A stretch of 64,000 nucleotides of DNA from Botryllus schlosseri (Eukaryota). Shown here in pieces: positions 1-12,977 of this stretch; the first letter of the stretch is position 1; every line of letters starts with the position of its first letter. Location of the stretch: contig CM119371.1 of assembly GCA_051294905.1 (NCBI GenBank), positions 19,654,001-19,718,000 on the forward strand, given 5' to 3'. Under the pieces are notes generated by a model. That model was not told the DNA's origin, did no database searches, and saw nothing but the letters and a program-made list of their open reading frames with translations. The translations under genes were made by a program, and so were the position numbers.

Positions 1-856
1 GCAACTATTGCAAGATAGACCAGATTCTAGAATTATGAATTACGCGCCCCTGCTCTTCAGGTAAATCTGGCCACTGGAAGCTAAGATAGGATTAAAAACG
101 CAATATAATGCAATTAGCAATATTTTTGATTAAATTAAATCTTCAACTTCAAAATTGACTACTCTATGGGGGCCCAAGACCGATGTTTGGGTGGGGTAAA
201 ATTTTGCTGTTTCGAACCTGATTTTTGCTACAAGCCACGCTAACATGCTATATAAGCCGATGGCTATGGCGGCAGGTCCAAATGTTCAGTAAAGAATTGT
301 GAAATAGCGATTGGCGCCCGTTTTGAGTAGAATAATATGAGAATACGACAAAGTGAACATAAAATTCTGCCTTCAACTTAATGCAGATAATGTAATGCAA
401 GCTGCCATTACGAAAACGGCAAAACAACGGCTCAGTTATGATATATATCAGCAGCTGTTGATTTTAATGCTTCGTTATGGAAACCGTAATGTTTTATTTG
501 ACGAGTACAAAATTTCAAACCTTTGTCTGGTGTACGTTCGTACCATATAGGCCTACTGCTCGCCAACCAGCAACGGTGAAACTGCATTTACCTATAGAAT
601 TAGAAGTATTAGATTCTATACTTTAACTAAGCAGAACCAAACATCAATACAAAAGTTGCCATTTTAACTTAGGTATAAAGGTGATGACTTATCCTGTTGC
701 GAGATAGTGCTGTCTGAAATGTATTGATAACCCGATATACAGCACGGTGGGTTTTCTTACAATCACATTAATGTACATCGAATATCTATATTTACTATGC
801 GTGGACACTTCTTACGTAAAGACGAGCAAAGCTCATAGACTACATCTGACGTAATT

Positions 857-1799
857 CAGTGTTGGGATCAAGTCACTACCTTCGAGTCACGAGTCATTTC
901 GAGTCATTGCCCATTTTGACTCGAGTCAAGTCAAGTCAATCGATTTTCAAAGGTGACTTGAGTCAAGTCAAGTCACTCGATTTTCGGAGGTGACTCGAGT
1001 CAAGTCGAGTCAAGTCAAGTCAAGTCACGAGTCAAGTCACAATTCATGTCAAGTTGCCTTTTCGAAGCCCGAGGCATGATAACGTCATTGCATTTTGAAA
1101 GCTGTCTGAAAAACAGATTGAGTGGTCATTGATTTTGAACCGATGAACGAATATAGAGTTTAATATTCACGCAAGAAGCCGCTGTATCGCTCACAGATAC
1201 GTAGAACTGCTAGACCACAGTTTATAGTTACCAGCCTAAATAGAGGATAGATACGAATTGATAGGATGCAATACATTACCCATTTACAAATCGATATGAT
1301 ACAAATCGAGCCTGTTGAGGAGTTGGTTGAGGTTGAGGAGTATATTATAAACTATATTCGAATTCAATTTCAATAAAACAAGAGGTTTGGTTGAGGTAAA
1401 AAACAGAGATTAATTACTTTACTATACTAGTTTACGACAACGTAAGCTGTAAGCTTCGATCACTTCGTTTGCGGTCAATTTATTTGTGATGTAACAATGG
1501 AGGCTCAGTAAAACGCACGATCATTAAATGATTGGTCGCGATCACGGTTGCACCAGCGTTTCGCGAACAATCCGAATATATGCAAGATTCAGTGATCTTT
1601 ATCGACACCGATTATTTGATGACTCGAAATTGACTCGTGAATTCTGCTCCGAGTCACGAGTCAATCCATATTTCTGATACGCCGAGTCAAGTCAAGTCAA
1701 GTCATTTTAGCAAAGTGACTCGAGTCAAGTCAAGTCATTCGAAAAAGGTGACTCGAGTCTGACTCGAGTCAAGTCATGACTCGAGTCATCCCAACACTG
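857..1799 (+). mobile_element. Non-autonomous hAT-like MITE, family A (GACTCGAGTCAAGTC subterminal repeats)
   Basis: TIRs CAGTGTTGGGA...TCCCAACACTG. CGTAAT flanks both sides (imperfect TSD). Near-identical copies at 4364-5231 and 21808-22749. Confidence 0.9.
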
Positions 1800-1959
1800 C
1801 GTAATAATGAGCAGTGGCATTTGAAAATCAGACGTTTGCGCTTTCAATAACTAGTATAATATCTCTTCCCTTTTCACGAGTGTTCAGTTCATGTCAAAGT
1901 CCTTGCACAAATATAAAGTAATCGTTCTTTCACAAATAAATCGATTAAATATGGGAAGT

Positions 1960-2158
1960 AGTCGATTACGATTACGATTACTTCGGGATTTTTTCAAATG
2001 TAATCGATTGCGATTACGATTACTTGAAAATGCTGTAATCGTCGTAATCGATTACGATTACTAATCGCGATTACCCCATGTCTGGTAGGTGGTACGCGAA
2101 AACTGCATAAAACCTCGATGTGGTACGTGGATGGAAAAAGGTTGGGAACCACTGGTCT
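1960..2158. repeat. (GATTAC)n-rich MITE fragment with a hAT-type end
   Basis: Repeated GATTAC/GTAATC units, ending GTTGGGAACCACTG. Confidence 0.55.
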
Positions 2159-2613
2159 AGCTTCTACGTGAAGTAATTTTGACATGAAAATCCCTACTTT
2201 CTACTTGTATTTAGATTTAAATTTACTGTATGGCTCCGACTTCCAATTAACAATCAACACTGACTATTTTGGCTATACCTCTGAATGTAATTTACCGCCG
2301 GGCAGGCATCCAGATTTATATTTCATCCGAATTACACACTCTTGGTCCTAATCTGATTGGTATAAACGTAACGTATGCAAGGATATAGAGTTATGCTGAC
2401 TGTTCGCATGCGACACGGTTCCTGCAAGCCCGGTGTTTTACTGCAATGCGTTACAGTTCAAGTATGATTTATTCTGGAGGTCGATATTCATTTCTCAAGA
2501 ATTATATATGACATTGGCCTCCAGGGTTCACTCTTGACAAAAACGCACACACTAGCTTTCGGCATTGTATCTGGAATCCAGATATGGAGACAGGAGCCAC
2601 TACAATAGTGTGT

Positions 2614-3001
2614 CCATAGTGTCCTATATGGTGTCGACACAGGCAAAACTCACGCCTCAGTGAAATTGTATCACGTCACAATTTCCATTTGGCTACAGGC
2701 AATTTGACGGTCATTCTTGACCGGCTTGCCGAGCATTAAATTTGGTAAAACGGGTATCGATCGAAAGCTGACTCTGCACTGATTACGAAAATATAAATTT
2801 TATTCCGTTCGTGTCCCTTGAACTCCCACAATCAGCCTCGAATTTTTCATTGTTATGGAGATTGGCATTGGAGATTGGCCAAATTTAATGCTCGGCAAGC
2901 CGGTCAAAAATGACTGTCAAATTGCCTGTAGCCAAATGGAAATTGTGACGTGATACAATTTCACTGAGGCGTGAGATTTGCCTGTGTCGACACCATATAG
3001 G
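2614..3001. mobile_element. Foldback MITE family C, internally deleted copy
   Basis: About 130-bp inverted arms starting CCATAGTGTCCTATATGGTGTCGACACAGGCAAA. Same sequence as the longer palindrome at 13447-14075. Confidence 0.85.
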
Positions 3002-3185
3002 TGTGTCAGCATCTGGATTAACTGGGTAGCTGTGCTGGTTAGCACATAATTCATTCACACGCATGCAGCCTAATCATAGTAATGCATGATCTCTTAATCC
3101 ATCGCGATTATAAGTTACTGTGATTTATACAAGCGTATCGCGTCGGAAGTTGAGTGACATGATTTGAAACCTGCGTCTTTCATAG

Positions 3186-6100
3186 ATTACATGACTGTCG
3201 GATCAATAGCACAACCGGCCTCCAGTTGTAAAGAGATCAATCGAGTCAGCACAGGGGCGGACAACGGACTCTACTATTTGCGAGATACGGAGGTTGATGA
3301 TACGTTCTTTTTTTGCTTTTTGTTCTTCCAAAATTTATTTACAGGTAATGATCTAAGTAATAACACTAACGGGCGTATAATATGCAGATAGCGTGTTCCG
3401 TCTACAAACATTTAAAGTCCATGTTGTGGCAAATTGATAGAAAGATCGATGGCACCGTTCTCGAAATATCCAATATTCTGGATCATTACTAATGACCCCG
3501 TTCGCTAAAATAGAATGAAATGATAGCTGTACAATAGGGCTGTTCAAAAATAACTTTTTTCCGGATTTCAGCCATTCAGGCATTAAATTGTCAGGTTACC
3601 ATAACAAAGCCTGCATACCAAATTTGGTTCAATTCCAACAAGTTGGGGTTGACAAATTTTTTGTCAACCCCATGAAAAAGTCGAGTTGTCTTTAAAAAGG
3701 ATGCAAAACAAATTCGGCTCGATTCCAACCCATACAAGCGGAGTTATTTGAGTTTTTCGTTGATAATCCTCGGATTATCGCCGAGGAATTGAGTCAAATT
3801 TGTTTTGCATCGTCTCTGAAGACAGCTCAACAATTTCATGGGGCTGACGGAAAAATTTAAATTTTTTTATAAAATTTTCCATTATAAATTAAAAATTTTA
3901 ATTGGATCTGCGGAGCCTTATACTTGTTACAATTGAACCAAATTTGATGCGCAGCGTTTTTTAGGGTAACCTGACAATTTAATGCCTGAATGGCTGGAAT
4001 CCAGAAGAAAAAGTAATGTTTGAACAGCCCTACTGTACAACCAGGGGCGAAGTCAACAGGACAATTCCAAGAGGGGAAGCGACTCGTCCTGATGTGACGC
4101 AGACATAAAAAGAGACGGAAAAATGTCCAAAACATGATTAAGGTGGCTAGTTAGCGTACTGGTATAATCCACAGCTACAACCTAAAAAACCAACGTGTTG
4201 TGGGTCCGACCGAGGTCGACTCCATAATTCCTATACCTAAGTGTTGGCGGTTTATCTATAGGCTCCTCCTCGCCACGTGCTTTTCAGCCGTTCATTCTCT
4301 ACTTCTAAGTGCAGTAAGTTTTTACATGTCTTGGAAAATGCTATTTCTAATTGTACCATGTACCAGTGTTGTGATGACTCGAGTCAGACTCGAGTCACCT
4401 TTTTCGAATGACTTGACTTGACTCGATTCAATTTGCTAAAATGACTTGACTTGACTCGGCGTATCAGAAATGTGGATTGACCCGTGACTCGGAGCAAAAT
4501 TCACGAGTCAATTTCAAGTCAGCAAGTAATCGGTGTCGATAAAAATCGGTGTCCTGCATATGTTCGGATTGTTCGCGAAACGCTGGTGTAATCCATGATC
4601 GTGCGTTTTACTGAGCCTCCATCGTTCGCTCACAAATATATTGACCGCAAACGAAGTGATCGAATCTTACAGCATACGTTGTCGTAAACTAGTATAGTAT
4701 AGTAATTGAATAGTAAAATGTCTATTTCTGTTCTCACCTTCCCCAAACCTCTTGTTTCATTGAAATTGAAATCGAATATAATTTATACAGTCCTCAACCA
4801 TTGCCACAGGCTCGAATTGATTCATCTCAATTTCTAAATGATGGGTAATGTATTGCATCTTATCAATTCGTTTTTCTATTATTATTTTATTTTGGCTGGT
4901 AACTATAAACTAAGGCTATGCAATTACTTACGTAGTTTAGCAGTTCTGCGTATATATGAGTGATACAGCGCAGCGCCTTCATGCGTGTATATTCAACTCT
5001 ATATTCGCTCATCGGTTAAGATTCAATGACCTGTATTCCAGACAGCTAGCAAAATGCAATGGCGTAATCATGCTTAATACTTCGAAAAGGCAACTTGACT
5101 TGAATGGTGACTTGACTCGTGGATTGACTTGACTCGAGTCACCTTCGAAAATCGATTGACTTGACTTGACTCGAGTCAAAATGTTCAATGATTCGAAATG
5201 ACTCGAAGGTAGTGACTTGATCCCAACACTGCCATGTACTGTACAGTGTACATAAGTGTGAATTCACAGCACTGCTACTTCCGTGGCCCATCGGCCATCA
5301 CCCATTTCGAGTTAATGACACATATTCTATGTATAGAGAATAGGTGTCATTAACATTCACCAGGAATATTTATCTCTGAAGGGGAATGTATTCCAAACGT
5401 ACTGCGACTTCAACATCGCAGGCGGCGGCTGGACTCTGGTCGCGTCCGTTCACGAAAATAACATGAAAGGGAGATGCACGGCCGGCGATCGCTGGTCGAG
5501 CGAACAAGGAAACGGCGCCAGTCATCCGGACGGAGACGGATTTTGGGAGAACAGAGCCACGCACGGGTCGGCGACTTCTGCGGCGAGCGACGATTACAAG
5601 AATTCCGGCTATTTCGCCATGAACGCTACCGACGTCATGATATGGCAAGTGCCCAACGATACTCCTCTCACCGGTTTTGGCTCAAGGTTAGTAATGCGAG
5701 ATGGCTATGGAGCTCTAGTGTTCAAAATATTTGGAGTAATGGTAATGTGGTCACATATAAAATAATGGATGGCAATACCGCGAGTGTCATAATAGCAGGG
5801 CATTCAAATAAGCGTGTAGAAATGTTGAGACAACATCATGGGTTGGCCACTACATAACAGAAAAGCGTTGTACTTAATGTATTTGATGTTGCAAAACGAC
5901 CATTACCCAATCGACTTTGAAGGCTTTCACGGTGGGAAAACAGCATCGAAATTATATAACAGTCGTTGCTAATATAACTCTTAGTGAAAGGGGCATTTAA
6001 TTTCAGAGCACGAAAAACCCGTATCTTCCTACCCCGATAATCTACTCATTACAATTAGTAATCGATTCGGATTCGAGCACTCAAATCATTGTGCGTAATC

Positions 6101-7581
6101 CAGCCCTAATTATATTAATCACAAATAACAATGATATATTATCTTTAAAAGTGAATTTTATTCTGAGTCTTGGATAAAGAATTTGGGGCACAAGATGACA
6201 AATTAATCGAAGACCTTACATGTTTTTGTCCTTGGCGTTTCTGCCGCATACAATGGAACCTGAATGTGAGTCGTCTATGATTGTGAGGTAAAATATATAG
6301 GTCTACAGGTATCTTAATTACCCTCCGGGGTTCTAGAATCATCTCTTATTACGCCAATTCACTTGAATACCAATCACACCTGCCGAGTGCAGTTCTAATC
6401 ATTGGTTCCCGTGTCACCTATTGTATTTCCCATCCCTCTTTACACTCTGAACACCGCTTTAGAGCTTTCCTGAAGTATCGCACATCAAATGGCTTCATGA
6501 CGCGCTTTGGCGGTAATCTCGCGTCGCTGTTCTCGCTTCATTACAATATAAAATCGAAGCAATACCGGACGAATCTGGACAACGGTCCCGCAATTCCTAT
6601 CACGTGGGAGGTCGGAAGCAATCAGGACTTGATGAACCTGTACGGATCAAGCATCAGAGGCGAAGTAGACGCTGGATATATCCAGGTAATTTCGCATGTC
6701 TGCGCTGTGTCAGGTTGTTTTAGTAAACAGTGATATATATAACGCGTATATTATCATCATCAAGTGATGATTGGTAGATATGGCCGAAGTAGTTAGCGGT
6801 GACGCCGTACATTCCCATTCAATTACAGGTATGTAGCCATTTCCACGACATGTCTAACTTACTTTAAATGGAAGTAGAAAATGAATGTCTTGAAAGTACT
6901 GAAGTAGTTCCAAAAAGTAAATTTATTCCAGGGGTCGCACGTTTTTAACACTTAATCGGGGGTTTAAACTTCGCGAGTTTAAAGCTGGTGATTTATTATT
7001 CCCGCCAAATTTGGTTCTGGGAAACACTCAAGCAACATGATACAGGCAAATTCAAGTATTGAGTTCAGCTGACAAAATATCGATTGGTTCCGATGCCGTC
7101 GGAGAATAAGACAAAATTTTGCCATAAAAACTAACGCTTTTTGTAACGTAACACTCATACGTCATACACCTATACAATCCCTACAATACGCATATCGCGT
7201 ACGGTGGCTCAGTTACTTGGGTAGTGAATATAGTTCGTTACGATGCAATCAATGAGTCAACCTAGCTAACACTTGGGATGTAGTAATGGGTAGCGAGGTT
7301 CAGTTAGTATATCATTATTTGGTAATGTTTAATCACTTACGTATGCGTTATAGTTCCGGGCGATCAATCACGAGCGAGACGCATTCGCCATTTGCCCAGG
7401 CGTGAAGATCAAAACGGGGAAGGGCAATATCGAACACGCGTGTATCGGGAGCACCAGCAATTCCCCAGCTCTAACACACTGCGGCGATTATGCGTGGAGA
7501 GATATCGATGATCAGAGATGGATTGCTTACCGGCTGAATCAGAGGATGATTGATTCTGTTGTGATGATATTTTACAGATGA
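3186..7581 (+). CDS. ITLN: Intelectin (X-type lectin, fibrinogen-like fold); 5' exon(s) not identified
   Basis: Exons 3186-3292, 5382-5686, 6463-6685 and 7354-7581 are phase-consistent with GT-AG introns. Translation contains PASSCKEI..ADNGLYYL, QTYCDFNIAGGGWTLVASVHENNMKGRCTAGDRWSSEQG, SDDYKNSGYF, DNGPAIP, FRAINHER, NIEHACIG and a terminal VMIFYR*, all intelectin hallmark motifs. Confidence 0.96.
4364..5231 (-). mobile_element. hAT-like MITE family A in an intelectin intron
   Basis: TIRs CAGTGTTG...CCCAACACTG. Perfect 8-bp TSD CCATGTAC. Confidence 0.95.
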
Positions 7582-7983
7582 TTTCTTAACCCGCCAGATC
7601 GCAGAAAAACATTGCATTTCCAAATGAATGTTTTGCATGAATGTTATGTGGAAATAGTACAATCGCTTCACTTGTGTCGAAAGGACGTCATGAAATTAAA
7701 GTTCAGTGTCGCGTTGAGCTGCAAATTCCGTTCGATTTTATTTTATTGTCACCTATATATCGTATTCCCTGTGTCGGGACTACGGTATTTACTGGAGTGA
7801 TTTCTGCCGTTACCGAGCACTGACTAGGCCTATATTTCTGATCAAGTATCATATGATCGAAAAAAGAAAAGATGTGTCATACCTGATAAACTTATGGTAA
7901 CGGTGATATATATAACGCGTATGATCATCAACACACTTCAAAAATCATTGATTGGTTATCTTGAAACATCATGTATTTGCCAG

Positions 7984-8115
7984 TTTCGCGCGTTCAATCA
8001 CGTCAGGAGTTAAGACCAGACCACGGAAAGTCAATATAGACACCCGAGTATCGGGAGCAACATCAATTCCCCCGACTCCAATTCACTGAGGCATGTGATG
8101 ACATTCTACAGATGA
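7984..8115 (+). pseudogene. Decayed duplicate of the intelectin terminal exon
   Basis: Acceptor cag|TTTCGCGCGTTCAATCACG (FRAFNH), then GTATCGGGAGCA and TTCTACAGATGA matching exon 4, with deletions and an early stop. The 3' flank to about 8430 resembles 7582-7895. Confidence 0.85.
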
Positions 8116-8563
8116 TTTCCTAACCTGTCGGATTTCAGTAAAGCACTCACTACTTGTGCGAATGTATGTTTCGCATGGATATTTTGGTGCAGCAATGCAA
8201 TCATTTCACTTGTGTCGGAATGATGTCTTGTAATTAGAGTTTACGGCGGCGTTGAGCTGCAAATTATGTTCGTTTTAATTACATGCACCCAACCTAACTT
8301 ATTATATTTGTCAAGGCCACGGTATTTGCAGGGGTGATTACTGTTGCGACCTAGTGCTGACTATAATGATGACAAAATATGATATTGGCAGAAAATAAAT
8401 CAGGTGTCATATCTCATAAACTTATGTAAATCGATCACGTCGTGTATCAGTTATGAATCTTGGAAATAATAAACTGACACTATCAAAATGAGTAATGACA
8501 CTACGTGTAGACGCAAATCTCGAAAATATTCAGCTGTCATGATTCAGGTGCCAGATTTTAAGA

Positions 8564-9132
8564 CAGGGGTGGGCAAACTTTTGAGCTCGCGGGTCGCATT
8601 CAACATCTGAATCCACACGCGTCAGAAATATAGTGGCGAGATTTAATATAGGCTGGTCGACCTCAATAACCAATTTGTCAAAACTATAGAGATGAAAGTC
8701 GGTTGTCCCGATTCTTAGAACAGGATTGAAGTTTAAATCTGTGAGCAGCGATCTGTTCATAGATTTACTATAATTTCACTTTTGGTTCAGTTCCAGGACA
8801 CACAATGCTCACAGCATCATAACCATGTTAGCTTCAGACACGCTTCTACTATGTGTAGATAAATATAAATGCCCCAATTCTACGCATACAGAGAACGAAT
8901 CTACCTAAGACACGTGCGAATCGGTTTTTATGAGCACATCACTGAAATAATTAAAATTAAAAATAGTAAATTACATTTTCACGATGTTTGTGGAACGCCT
9001 GTCTGCAAGGTCCCGTCAAATAAGGCCTACTTGGAAATTATATTTGAATATCCCTATAATTAATGCTGCGGCCCGCGGGGTCATCAAAACTAGGAAATAG
9101 GCCCGCGAGCACATTTGAGTTTGAGACCTCTG
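8564..9132 (+). mobile_element. Non-autonomous hAT-like element
   Basis: CAGGGGTGGGCAAAC...GTTTGAGACCTCTG ends. The internal 8620-8960 segment recurs at about 18410-18745. Confidence 0.7.
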
Positions 9133-9285
9133 AAGTAGAGTATATTACTTATGTAGAGTTGGCAATTGCATTATGACGTCACTAGACGTCGTAGGTTCGT
9201 GTTCGCGCGCGTTCGCGTTCATATGAGTCAGAACCTTTTAAGGGTTCGCACCATCCCCAGTGATAATTGTTATATTCATTTAATC

Positions 9286-10247
9286 CAAGGGCGGGCAACA
9301 TACGGCCCGCGAATGGATTTTGACCGTCCCGCAGAGAGTTTCTACGTAAAAGTAAAATTCTAATCTGAAAGTACAATTGGATAGTATATTCACATTGAAA
9401 TGAACCCGAATATTTTCGGATGGCACTAGTCAGGTGTAATCGTCAGCAACCAGTAGAGAATTGGAAACAACATTGTATATCAACAATCGGAAGGGGCCGC
9501 TCACACTTTCATATGTGTGCCTTGGAGTGGACCTTTATCAAAATACATCAGTCAAGCTTCCTCTACAGAAGGAGTTCGTGTACAATAAACGCTCTCTTTT
9601 GTGAAATTACATTCCAACCTGGTGACGTCATATTTCGTGATACGATTGTTGATATACAATGTTCTTTCCAATTCTCTCGCTGACGATTACCCCAGACGAG
9701 TGTCAGCCGAAAATATTTGGGTAGGCTACATTTCCATATGAATATACTATTCAATTGTATATTGAAGTTCTGTACCTCCAAGAAGCTCTTCATTCTGAAA
9801 GTATTGACACATTTTATGCGTCACAGAATGAATCCAAGTTTGCCAACCTGGGAAAGATGGACATGAAACTACTTGCTCTATTCGGGTGTATATATATTTA
9901 TGACCGTTAACATTAACGAGACAAGGCTACGTTCCAATATAACTGATGTTAACGTACAGTCTTTACTAAGGCTTCTACATACAACATGCAGCCAGCGTCC
10001 AAAGAACTTGTTGACAACTATCACCGGCCATATATGTCCGACTGACTTTAACGGCTGCTGTTAATAAATTCATTAAATAGGCTACTGTTTTGGTGTCTAT
10101 GCTTTAAACTTAATGTTCACATTAAATACGATTTATTCCTTATATAGGTGGATAAATTCGCGATTAATGGATATATTCGCCATGTGCCCTCCATGTGCTT
10201 CATTTTCCCATATCCGGCCCGCCGACCGTAGAAGTTGCCCGCCCCTG
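9286..10247 (+). mobile_element. hAT element with a transposase C-terminal relic and a nested palindromic MITE (about 9400-9720)
   Basis: TIRs CAAGGGCGGGCAAC/GTTGCCCGCCCCTG. TSD ATTTAATC/ATTTCATC. Relic ...RLRSNITDVNVQSLLRL. Confidence 0.85.
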
Positions 10248-10383
10248 ATTTCATCAAAGGTATGTACAATCGGACGGTTGAAGCGCCCTTCTTGCTAATC
10301 AGTCGCATTGACGAGATAAATTGATTGCATCACACAAAATTTTTATCTGCAGGAGTCTCGCCCGTGGCGTTCAATGTATGGTT

Positions 10384-11292
10384 TAGGGATGGTGTGAACC
10401 TCTGAAAGGTTCAGGTTCGTGTGAACGCGAACCGTTTTGAAAGGTTCTGTGTGAACGCGACCGTGAACCTCATGACGTCACGTGACGTCATATTGCTAAT
10501 TCCAACAGTATATATCAGTGAAGTGATAGCCTATATTAATACACGATACCTAGCGACGACTCGGAACACAGTGCTGAAGTATATATTGAAGTTTTAAACG
10601 TCGCCAAATGTATCAACTGGGGCAATCAAATGATATAATAATCCCATAAAATAACTATCTTCCGTCGCATTGCCAACAATTGCGACGAGGACTTGCAACG
10701 GAATATCAGCTTACGCCTTAACGGTGTAGGCCAGACCGAACAGTGCATTCGGCGGCTGAGTATTGCTACGATGATATTGAGCAGAGTATAAAACGCTGCA
10801 CCCCAATCGCGCCGATTTGTTTTTAGGATACAATAAACCTATATGAAATCAAGATTGACCTCGTACCTCGTACGATTTTTTACATCATACAACGATATCA
10901 ATTTCATTGATTGGTTGAATAAGCATCATTCGCTGACTACCTACATGTACTGTATATCGCTCTTGATATTGTGTGAATGCGGGTGATGCTAACAGCAGAG
11001 AGTCATTAAATATTCGAGCATATTTTGTAACAAAGCAAGTAAATTTTTTGAGATTGTGAAGGTGCATGCTCGTTTAATGTTGATTTTTTATGCTGCCAGC
11101 GCCATGCATATAGTGGCCCGCAATTGAAATACAACACGTTTCAACCAAAGATGTCATAATAAAGTGAAAATTGTAATATGAAAAAGGTTCACAGTGCAGA
11201 ACCTACAAGGTTCGTTTGTGAACGTGAACCTATAAATTTCTGAGGTTCACACACAGAACGCGAACGTGAACCGTACGTTCACACCATCCTTA
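10384..11292. mobile_element. MITE family D (GTGAAC/GTTCAC subterminal repeats)
   Basis: TIRs TAGGGATGGTGTGAAC / GTTCACACCATCCTTA. No clear TSD. Confidence 0.8.
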
Positions 11293-12977
11293 ACTATATA
11301 TTTGGATTCGAGGCTTCAACGGTGCTGGTCGTAACGTAAAGGCAGACCGGCGCGCATGAAATGCGCCATCAGACGAAAGTTTCGATATCGCAGAAAGGCA
11401 AGTTCTAGCTCCGAAAGAATCTGAATTAATCGCCATGAGTACTGTGGGAAACTTTTGAATTCCGAACCAAGTGTAATCCTAATCAGCGAAGACCCACAAT
11501 CCCAAGGGCTAATTCGCACCAATACAGAATTTCGGGATTTTTCAAGCTTTTTGAGATAAGTTTCGTCCATCCCAACCTGTATCAAACCAGACGTTACGGG
11601 CTAAACGAAACCTGTACGGAAATACGTCTCACAGTGGCAGGATACGCAAACTGTGTGCACACTGCACAGCCTAAATCCGTTGAACATTTTCTGCTAATAT
11701 ACCACAGACTCTCGAAGGTAATATACAATTAAAACTGCTGAAAAAAAAACTGTAGAATACGAGCACAAAAATCCCGCATACCAACCAACCAACCAACCAA
11801 CTACTTTTCTCAGATTCTAATAATCATCGATCCTTTTCATGTTGTTAATCGCACGCATATCCAGGGCCGTAACCGCACTCTGTCAGATCCCCCCAAAACA
11901 TTGGTCGTGGGCCCCCCATAGGGTGATAAAACTTACCCACAACACGCTATGCGCTGTTTGCCGATACTTATCATTGTTGTGCGTCCGTTTTGTGAGCCAC
12001 CTTTTCTCGCGTACACGCGCGAAGCGCAAGTAATTTCTAGACTTCGTGACTGAATCGGTTAATATGATCGTGAATTGCATATATATTGCTATCAATTTTT
12101 CTCCTCTCTCTGCTCACGTAATCTGATTTACCGGTAGCGCTGAGTGAGGTGTGTTTGAAAAGGTAGGATCCCTCAATATTAATTAAACATATTCGGGTGA
12201 ATACCTGTTGGCATGAGCAAACGGCACTTCGTCAGGCCCCCAAATAAAAATATAAAATAAAATAAAACTTGAGTATTGGGCTGGAATTGGGTGTTAAACC
12301 GACCCCCAATCACGTTTTTCGCCTTTGCCACGAAATTATAGACGTACAGTTCAGTGAGCTAGCGTGAAGCGCGAAAGTTTTCGATAATTCATGATAAAGT
12401 CGTTCAATGTGATCGGCAATTGCATATATATTTCTATCAATTTCTTGTCCTCTCTGCTCACGTAATCAGATTTACCGGTAGAGCTGAGTGAGGTGAGTTT
12501 GTAACTGTAGAGCCCGTAAATAATAATTAAACATCTTCGGACGGGCCACCCCGTTATGGTATGACCTCGTTACATGATGTTATTTCGTGACCTCCTATGC
12601 TATATCAAAAAATATAGAATCGGTATTTCTTCACCTGCATATAATTTTTCACTGCGGGATGGTATTTGTCTTGTGAGGTTTAGATTGCCAAGACAGGAGC
12701 ATTGGGCGCCAGTCATTTAGGAGCCTTTGGACAATAAAACCTAGTTGTATTTTATACAGATAACGCAGTTTTCGGTCACCATAAGGCAGTCCTATTCGTC
12801 CAAGGTTTTCTCGCTGCCGATGGAGTAGTTTTGTATTGAGTTTGCCTCACTTTCATGATTTTATGAAAGAGAAGTATAGGCTACATATGCCAATATCCTG
12901 TATTTAAATAATAGGACTCGTCAGAAGATATGAACACTTTACTGACGTCACGTTCGGCGGGAAACTATTCCCTAACC

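Noticed and set aside
859-1797. GACTCGAGTC(AAGTC)n arrays resembling CRISPR or satellite repeats
   Set aside because: There are no unique spacers of regular length; they are subterminal repeats of TIR/TSD-bounded MITEs in eukaryotic DNA.
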